A stretch of 64,000 nucleotides of DNA from Eledone cirrhosa (lineage: Eukaryota), in assembly GCA_964016885.1 (NCBI GenBank), contig OZ024743.1:363196001-363260000 (forward strand), given 5' to 3'. Each line of letters opens with the position of its first letter. Within the stretch, counting starts at the first letter, position 1. Made by a program: the position numbers and the translations under genes. The notes under the pieces are model-generated. The model ran no database searches and had not been told where the DNA came from. It saw nothing but the letters and a program-made list of their open reading frames with translations. Positions 42,956 through 52,029 of this stretch are shown one piece after another.

Positions 42956-42958
<3 letters not shown>
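42755..42958 (+). mobile_element. ~200-bp (TA)n-flanked palindromic element, copy C
   Basis: Same element with the same end points, (TA)n on both sides. Confidence 0.85.
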
Positions 42959-43045
<87 letters not shown>

Positions 43046-43601
43046 GCGTGTGTGTATGTGCGTGTTTGTGTACGTGTGTGTGTACGTGCATGTGTGCCAT
43101 GTGTGGGTAAAGTGGGAGTCAGCACACACCCGTAATTTAGCAAATTAAAGTCTACCACTGTCCTAATTATCACATTTGGTATCAACTCACACCTTCATTC
43201 ACTGACTACCAATATCTTCAGTACCGTGCAAGATTTGAAGATAATTTGATTGGAGAGTATGTCATGTGGCACTCGTATGTAACGTGGATGGCACAAACTG
43301 TGCACGTGCCGCCATCTTGTGGCGTTCGCAGAAATAATGACACCCGGCCAAACGAACACACTTCGTTATGTAGATAATTACGATAATTACATGTTAAGTC
43401 TACAACATCACGGTCACCTCCGCCCCCCCCCCCTATCACAGCCATCAAAACCACTGCTATCATCATCACCACAGCCATCATCTTCACCAACACAAACTAC
43501 CATCAGCAGAAACGTTAAAATGATGACCAGTAGGTGTCAATTTGGTGTACAATACCCCTATTTCACAAATATGTAAATATATAACATCTCATATATATAT
43601 T

Positions 43602-43650
<49 letters not shown>

Positions 43651-43893
43651 CTCTCTCTTTGGAATGTTATTGCTCATGGGTAAGTACAATCAATGCTGAC
43701 CTGGGACTAAACAATAACAAAAACAGTACATAAGGGGATGATAGCATAGGTAAAAGGGTTGTTGTAAATAAAATGACAGGAAGATTACATTGGTATCATA
43801 TAATGATATATATTTCCATACTTTCTTATGCGTCGATCGTTTTTCATGCCAAGTCAAAAATTGAAACTAAGTATAGAATCAGGATTTTCTTAC

Positions 43894-43990
43894 CATTTTC
43901 AAACCTCATTCCAATTTCTGTGGCTTGGACAGCTCTCAAATATTCAACTGTCATTTCTAGAATTTCTGCCTTTTCAAGTTTTCCCGATGA
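43894..43990 (-). CDS. HELT: HELT loop/helix-2 exon
   Basis: Encodes SSGKLEKAEILEMTVEYLRAVQATEIGMRFEN+G (HELT: SSGKLEKAEILEMTVQYLRA). Acceptor tttatttcag|TCA, donor G|gtaaga; 97 nt, phase 0/1. Confidence 0.95.
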
Positions 43991-43991
43991 C

Positions 43992-44379
43992 TGAAATAAA
44001 GACAAATAATAGTTAAGTAGGATAAGCTGATAATTGATATAATTTTGGTGACGAATATTTTGTAACAATTGTCTGTGACGTTTCGGGTATTCACCATTCA
44101 TTTTAATGCCAGATTTTATATTTAAAAGTTAACATAATTTAGTGTTGTTTTAGTCTTGTTTTGATAATTATATAGATTGGATATTACATGTTGAAATAGA
44201 AGCAAATAATAATTAAGTAAAATAAACTGATAATTGATATAATTTTGTTGACGAATATTTTATAACAATTGTGTTGTGATGTTTCGGGAATCTACCATTC
44301 ATTTTACATTTATGAGAACACAATTTAGAGTTCTTTTAGTCTTATTTTTATAATTATATAGATTGCATATTAGATGTTG
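43992..44379. repeat. 200-bp tandem duplication abutting the HELT splice acceptor
   Basis: 43992-44191 and 44192-44379 align along their length. Confidence 0.85.
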
Positions 44380-44956
44380 CTTACAAATGAATTAATTGCA
44401 TCAAATTGTATGTAGGTTTGTTAGTTGTTGAAGGCTGTCCCAGATTATGCCAGCTTAGGCAAACCTACGCGGTCGGTGATGGCACCAAAAAATACTCCTC
44501 GCCAGTATTGACTGAAAAACTATCTAGGCCATGGAAAACTCAATATTTATGTATATACATTTTTCGTGGTGCGTGTATAAGTACCCAGGTTTGTGTTTGG
44601 GCGTGCAATAAAACCTTTTGGAGAGGAAAAACCTTTAAAATTGAAACCTTAATGATATTTCATTAAAAGTCTAGAAGAAGGTCCTCTGAAATAGAGCCTG
44701 CGGCTGAACTAGTTACCGATCATCTTGCTCTAGTTCGTCATTGGTTATTTAACTACGTATATTTAGAGAGCGACATGTATCTTACAAGCATATGTCACTG
44801 TAATTCAGTGATGTACATATGTCCTATCACTTGACCTTGTACATTTTTTTCTTGTTTCAAAAGCACTGCGACAACGGAGAAGTGGCAACATGTGCAGACT
44901 GGAAATATATAGTCACGCATCTGAACAATGACTAATGAGACAGTTATCACCTGAGC

Positions 44957-45175
<219 letters not shown>

Positions 45176-45181
45176 TATATA

Positions 45182-45212
<31 letters not shown>

Positions 45213-45614
45213 TTATGTACGTATTTTTTGTGGAGCGAGAGACTCCTAGTCTTCATTAAGACATCTCTCTAGGAGAAGGTCACTCTAATATAAAACCTGC
45301 GACTTCGTTTGCATTCAATGATGTAGACAAGTTCCTCTTTTAGGGCAACTGCATTCGATGTTCAGAGATTGGGATTAGCCACGTGCATGGCTTCTCTTCA
45401 CCTAAAAAAGCTTAAAGCATATCATCGCTTGATATGTGACATGTTTTGCGATGCATGGTATTGCTGGCCATAGGCAAGTCCCTAGCAGGACTACAAAGCC
45501 ACGGCCGTGATGCTCATGCTTAAGTATCAAGCGATGGCATTACTCGAAATGGAGTTTGCGAGCATAATTTATGTATGTATATATAGGGAAATCCTGTTGA
45601 GAACGAGGTAAGGC

Positions 45615-45645
<31 letters not shown>

Positions 45646-45686
45646 CGATATTAAACAAATGGAAACTATATTTATAAAACCATATT

Positions 45687-45752
45687 TATTTCATTATATA
45701 TATTTCAGGGATATCATATTAAAAATATGGTATGCCTTCCTCAGACAAAATA
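45687..45752 (-). ncRNA. Minimal type I hammerhead, diverged relative of the 46.2-kb family
   Basis: TATTTTGT | CTGAGGA | AGGCATACCATATT TTT AATATGATATCCCT | GAAATATATATA | ATGAAATA. Confidence 0.7.
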
Positions 45753-45868
45753 CAATATATAAACCGTTTTATTTAATATCGTAAACCTACTCCAAAACCT
45801 GTTGAGTGCTTTTATATCAGTTATAAAATATTTACTCGTTGTAACCCAACAATTTTAAATAAAACTTT

Positions 45869-45934
<66 letters not shown>

Positions 45935-46081
45935 TAGATAGATATATATATCGGTCTTACCTCGTTCTCTTTGGATTTTAGTCTTCAAATTTATTATTAT
46001 TACTATATATATATATATATTACTATATATATATATATTACTATATATATATATATATATAAAATCAAACTTCTCATCATT

Positions 46082-46118
<37 letters not shown>

Positions 46119-46165
46119 CTCAATGATATAAATAAATGGAAACTATATTTATAAAACCATATTTA

Positions 46166-46222
46166 CTCTATTATATATATTTCAAGGGTACCAACACTTT
46201 GGTACGCTGTCATCAGATAAAA
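46166..46222 (-). ncRNA. Minimal type I hammerhead, left arm of palindrome
   Basis: Mirror copy of 46338-46394: TTTTAT CTGATGA CAGCGTACCAA..TTGGTACCCTT GAAATATATATA ATAGAG. Confidence 0.7.
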
Positions 46223-46337
46223 TACAAAGCTTGGTTTATAAATATTGACATATCCAGGAATGAGACCTTAATGGTTCGAGTTTTACCGTTAAGGTCTCAT
46301 TCCTGGATATGTCAATATTTATAAAATAAGCTTTGTA

Positions 46338-46394
46338 TTTTATCTGATGACAGCGTACCAAAGTTTTGGTGCCCTTGAAATATATATAATAGAA
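46338..46394 (+). ncRNA. Minimal type I hammerhead, right arm of palindrome
   Basis: TTTTAT | CTGATGA | CAGCGTACCAA..TTGGTGCCCTT | GAA AT ATAT AT A | ATAGAA. AUA site, palindromic loop III. Confidence 0.7.
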
Positions 46395-46667
46395 CAAATA
46401 TGGTTTTATAAATATAGTTTCCATTTATTAATATCATTGATATTATACTCCAGAAAAACTGTCGAGTGCTTCGAATCTGTTATAAATATATATATTTGTT
46501 GAATTACCAACAAATTAAATATCCCTTTGCTTATATATATATTGTATATACCCATGTATAAGTCACGAATCACGACGGCAGAAAAAAGTATGCTGTATTT
46601 TCAAGTCGTATTTTCATGGAAACATGTACAAGTTATACACCAGTACATATGGTGTATGTCACACACG

Positions 46668-46715
<48 letters not shown>

Positions 46716-46718
<3 letters not shown>

Positions 46719-46793
46719 TTAATATAGATGAGATTCTACAGGACTAGAACTGTTTCATTCATTAGAAATCATCAGGAATCCTGATATTAAAAC
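46716..46793 (-). ncRNA. Type I hammerhead ribozyme, complete
   Basis: Minus strand reads GTTTTAATAT-CA-GGATTC | CTGATGA | T TTC TAAT GAA T | GAA ACAG TTCTAGTC CTGT A | GAATCT-CATCT-ATATTAAAAC. GUA cleavage site, 4-bp stem III, stem I of 6 bp plus internal loop plus 10 bp. Confidence 0.85.
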
Positions 46794-46861
46794 TTTTATA
46801 CTCTGCAATGTATTGAGTACCTTACTTACTGTGGTTACCTCCGATTCAACCCGGAATAACG

Positions 46862-46896
<35 letters not shown>

Positions 46897-46905
46897 ATAT
46901 ATATA

Positions 46906-47075
<170 letters not shown>

Positions 47076-47631
47076 GTGTTGGAGAGGCGGAGATAGACGG
47101 ACAGAAAGACAAATAGTTAGCTAGGCGTTTTAAGTCAGCAGATTGATGAAGGACCAGAACCGGCGTTACCATCAAGGTCAACTAGACGGATGCCTATGAC
47201 TCAGATCACACAGAGGTGCATTACTGGACCTTAAAGGATCAGTGTTTTAAGCAAATTTGTTTGATTAAATTGAATATATGATAATTATATGTGATGAATA
47301 AACAAATACTCGTTATAGATTGCCTTGTAGCAGTGTGGTTGTAATATCCAAAGCGATATAGATGGCCATATAGTGTTATGACTTATCACATGAGTTGGCG
47401 TGGTAGAATGTCGTCTTGTATAGTAGAAAATGCAGGTGTAATAATTTTCTCAGTGTGGTCCGAACAAGACGTGTGGAAAACCAGGGTAATCCAAACTGTA
47501 CATTGAAAGTATTTTATTTGTAAGAATGTAATTGTTATACTGGTCTAGGGTGCTAAATATTTAGATGTTAGTTGATGCATGGGACCCGTGGATATTAGTT
47601 GATACATAGTTAAATAGTTGTAGAAACTGAC

Positions 47632-47733
47632 CTGTTTAGCGAAAGCTGCGGGAACTGTTTGACTAAGTTCAGCTAGGCAATTGTTGATCCGATCACGACG
47701 TCTTTTTTCAATTACCTTATGGGAAGTTTGGTC
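47632..47733 (-). CDS. HELT: HELT bHLH-Orange transcription factor, basic/helix-1 exon
   Basis: Encodes DQTSHKVIEKRRRDRINNCLAELSQTVPAAFAKQ, very close to vertebrate HELT SHKVIEKRRRDRINRCLNELGKTVPMALAKQ. Acceptor ttttttttcag|GAC, donor CAG|gtcagt; 102 nt, phase 0/0. Confidence 0.95.
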
Positions 47734-48259
47734 CTGAAAAAAAAAGCAGAATACCATAAAACATCAACAACAGCAACAACAACAGTAATAACAATAATAC
47801 AACAGATTTAGAAAGATTGTGTTAAATTTAGGAACAAACTGCAAGAAATCATACAAATAAATAGGAAAAAAAACTTTAACTAGAACACAATTCTATTTTC
47901 AATAAAATACACGCATACACAAGTACACACACAGACACACATACAGACCCCTCCCCCCCATATATATATATATATATATATATATACAAAGTACACGTTT
48001 ACTTGTGCATGAGTGTTGACACGTCATCTGATCCATTTAGATCTGAAAATCAATGAAAGGTATTTATCATTTTCTCAATTTACAGGAAATTTTGTATTTT
48101 CTGGCATGTTTACATAGATATATGTATATATCTATATACAGTTATTATTATGTTCATACATGTTGGTGCAGTCTCGGTTAAACACTGTATTTATACAGAT
48201 ATAACTTTATGATACAATATATATCTCAATGTATATCTTAATTAATTACTAAAACGAGC

Positions 48260-49779
48260 GCTAATTATATGCAGTTTGTCTTGTCACGCTACCCTCCAGG
48301 TGCTTGCTTTTGTCAGTTTATTAGACACGTCCTCCGTTGTCATGTCTTCCCACAGTTGTTAAGGAGCTTTATTCGTTGTTTTACCTAGTCCTATGTGTGC
48401 TGATTCTCCTACTTCCCACAAGCCTTTCCAGAACTTTTCCACTTCTTTTACTCTCTTATTCTAAATTACGTTACATTTACCTTATTTTGCTTATCCTAAG
48501 TTTCTGGTAGAATCGTATCAGGTTGGAATGAAATTATTGGTTTTGTTCAAATAATTTGGCATTTTTCATATTTCCGAATTTTTTGTACTTTTGCAAGTAT
48601 TTGTTTTTTAGGCATTCCTTAATTTCAGTGATTTCTTATTGTTATATTGTGTTTCTTTAATATTTATATTTTCTTCCTTTTTCTTAGTAGCGTTGTTTCT
48701 TCCCTGTTTCATTTAAGATTGAGAGGTCTTTTAATTTATTTTCTATCTTTTTTCGTATCTTTGATTTCCATGTTTGTATGAGTTTTTGATTTTTTTGTTT
48801 AAGGGGATATCTACTTGCGTTTGTAGCAGCAGTGGCTTCTATTTAATTAAGCCTAAGATAGTCAATTTAGCGTTTTAAAAAAAATATAATTGTTGCTATT
48901 TCACCATTAATTTTTATCTTTGAGGAGTGTATTCTTGAATCATTTCCATCTTTATCCCTAATTCTGTCTTTAGTGTTTCTTTTACCTACATCTTCCTCCA
49001 CACATTTTCTTTCATTTGTATATTTTACTGTGTTGTCTAAATCAGTTTTGGAGATTTACTGTGTTTTGTTGTTTACTTTATCTGCATTGGATATATTGAG
49101 TCTATCTTCATGGTTTAAATTTTCAATATGTTTATGTTCGTTGGTTGTTTTGTGTTCATTATTTTTGTTTCGGTGAATTGGCAGTATCGGTAGAGCGTCA
49201 GAGACCATGCTTTGCAGCATAAAGTTATGGCCCTTTACGTTCTGAGTTAAAATCCCGCCGAGATTAACTTTGCCTTTCATCCTTACGGGGGTCAATAAAA
49301 TAAAGTACCAGTAATGCATTGGGTAATTGCTGGCTTTGTGGCAAAAGTAGAAAGAATTATTTTTGCTTTCGTAGTGTATTCGTTCTTTTTGATTCTATAT
49401 TTCTGATATTCTTTTCATTTTTAATATATATGTTCTTAGGTTTTCTAGTTTGTTGGAGTTGTGTTTTGTGGTGAACCTTGGGTAATTACCAAAAGAATTC
49501 GATTGCGAATACAAGCGAAATGGGGATCCTCTGAATGGTCTTTGGAGTAACGATACTCGAAAAGGGCTGTGTTATTTCCGAGTCAAAACTCCGCCAGGAA
49601 AGAAACGCTGGGCAAATTTTATGGAAATGGCCAACTCGTAAAAGACACAGGGGTAGACCGCGAGCGAGATGATTAGATAATATCCATCTGGATCAATTGG
49701 TAATGGTTGCTTCACATAGGACCCTGTGGAAGGTGGGTTTGAGGACTCGACCCATGACCCTCTGAGGAATATGTAGACC
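48260..49779 (-). mobile_element. Decayed 5' half of an R4/Dong-type element with a nested SINE
   Basis: Minus-strand QN..FHSNLIRFYQKL and VEKFWKGLW resemble QNRTFDNNQKMLF and TKTFWRGIW of the 14.6-kb element; abuts (AGA)n. Confidence 0.5.
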
Positions 49780-50616
49780 AAGAAGAAGAAGAAGAAGAAA
49801 AAGAAGAAGAAGAAGAAGAAGAAGAAGAAGAAGAAGGTTCAGGCTGAATAACATAATGGATAACTATAACGAAAATTTGAAAGAAATCGCACAATACCGC
49901 CAAAAAATAAGTGAATCGAAGAAGAAAACGAGAAAGAATATGCTAGAAGAACCAACGAACCTTTACAAAAATACATTTCATATATGGATTTTTTCTCTAG
50001 CATCTAAACCCCTTTGTTATCATTGAAGCACGTACAAATAATACAACAGGTTGAAAAAGTCATAACACCTTGCGTTTGCAAGCCCCAATTAATAATGACT
50101 AAAACAACAATAAATCGAAAGGGAAAAGGCAACGAAAATAGATGCATCTAAGTAACACTCACAAAATGTATTGATTGTTGATATATTACAAGTGTTCATA
50201 TTATGAAAACACGTGCGTAACGAAAGACAGATAAATAGACGAACGTATGCTTGCGAAAAACGTACCAACTTAGAAACAAGAACCGCGGTACCCGACAAAA
50301 ATGATGGTATTGTAGCAAGAGTTGCCTCCCTTGTTATGACGATCACATCACCAGTAGCGCTCTCTAGACAGGAAGTAGCTGGAGTTACTTCCCGTTGAGG
50401 TGGCAGAACCTTCTTTGTAACTTCCGTCAAGGGACCCTATAAAGGAGAGAGCTGAAAGCTATCTCCCTCTATTTTAAACTGCCTGGCCCTTCGGCCAGGC
50501 TCGTTGCGCCGAGAGTATACTCTCTGGCAACCTGAACATGGTAATGTAAAGACCTCTTGGTCTAATACGCGATGACTTCAAAACGGTAAACGACTCACTT
50601 TAATTCATTCTTTCAC

Positions 50617-50628
50617 CTCTCTTGGCAT
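50617..50628 (-). CDS. Candidate HELT first coding micro-exon (MPRE)
   Basis: ATG CCA AGA GAG|gtgaaa would splice in phase 0 onto DQTSHK. HELT genes have a very short first coding exon, but the donor is weak and the site lies in probable retroelement sequence. Confidence 0.2.
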
Positions 50629-52029
50629 GTCAACTATTCTGCTCTACACATAACTCAACCTTGTTAAATAAATATTGTACATACAACCCAGTGTCTTGTT
50701 ATATTCATACTACCCAGTGTCGCTGTTATAGTATTCTAAATAAAGGGCCAGATTTTACTCTTCCAATGCCACAAATAAAATCGAAAATACATAAATGGAC
50801 ACAAGAGGACTATCTTTCTATTCTATATGCATATTTTACAGCAACACTGTCCCTTTTCAATGAAAATACAACAGTATGCACATGAAATCCGGGAGAAAAT
50901 TAACCCACGCTCTCATGCAAATCTCTTGCTGCTGCTGCTGTAGTTCTTCTTCTGATGCTGCTGCTGCGCGTGGAATTGAACTCATCTGATTTTATCCTGC
51001 ATAAAAGGCCAACGATTTAATCCGATGCTCTAACGACTCAACTAACTTGACAATTTGATTTTCTATTCAATTCCCACCGAGCCAGCCGCTTCCCTCGGGT
51101 GAACGACAAAAACATTTTAGAGAAAATAATTCTTAGAGAGGAGGAAGTAAAGGAGGCAAAGCAAATAGTCGAAAAAAGGATCACATAGTTAGACTCAAAC
51201 CTTCGTCCGACGTGATAGTAAATATACTTCCTTATACCGTGAGGAAGCTATCCCTGAAATGACGAGCAGAGGTGGTGAACGCTTACATCACGTCCTTCAT
51301 CTATTACCGTCTGACTGCACTAGAATTTCTACTCTTTTGCTTTTTGAGGAAAATTTCCGCTGGTTAGACGGAAGGCATGGCTGGTGGTGTGCAGATATGC
51401 GCTGAGACTACGACAGATTCAGCTTTTTCTCGACGGTGAACAGGCGTGGTCATTATTTGCTTCGCACGTGTTTCGCCAGCTCGACTCCTTGACAGAGCTG
51501 CATTCTTGGTTAAAGTGAAGACTGAGAGATCGTTTGGAAACTGGAATATCTTCAACCGCTCACAGCCTTTTTTATTTTTTCGTGCGTACATACGAAAAGT
51601 ATGGATGAGATACGCCCCTCCGCTTTGATCCAGCTCTCACGTGACAGTGACTCAAAGATACACTCTAGCGTCATCGCCTCCACAACCACCACCACCGACG
51701 TCACCAATGTTACCACTACCATCATTACAGACACCAACAACAACAGCAGCAACAACGTCAACGACAACATAAACAGCATAAGCAACAACAACGGCAACGA
51801 AGGTAACGATAATAAAAACAGTAGCAGCGATAACAACAACAAAAGCACTAGCAGCGATAATAACTACAATAAGAACAACAATGACAACAACAACAACAAC
51901 AACAACAATAGCAGCAGCAGCAGCAACAGCAACGGCAACAGCAACAACAATAACAACAAGAGCAACGACAATAACCACAACTCAACAACAACAACAAAAA
52001 CAATAACGAAACCATATTCACATCAATGA

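Larger units (their letters stand above)
46120..46530. mobile_element. Fold-back element: ~156-bp inverted arms with a 9-nt spacer and a unique tail, in (TA)n
   Basis: Arms 46120-46275 and 46285-46440 are nearly perfectly complementary (mirror ORFs 46136+ and 46424- in the track). The tail is homologous to 45780-45870. Confidence 0.85.

Noticed and set aside
49640-49779. HDV-like ribozyme at the 5' end of the decayed R4-type element (ACC-TTCCACAG-GGT resembles P3/L3)
   Set aside because: P1, P1.1 and P2 could not be completed.
50519-50546. TPP-riboswitch-like AACCTGAACATGGTAATG
   Set aside because: The P5/P4 3' strands and CUGAGA are absent, and TPP riboswitches are not known in animals.
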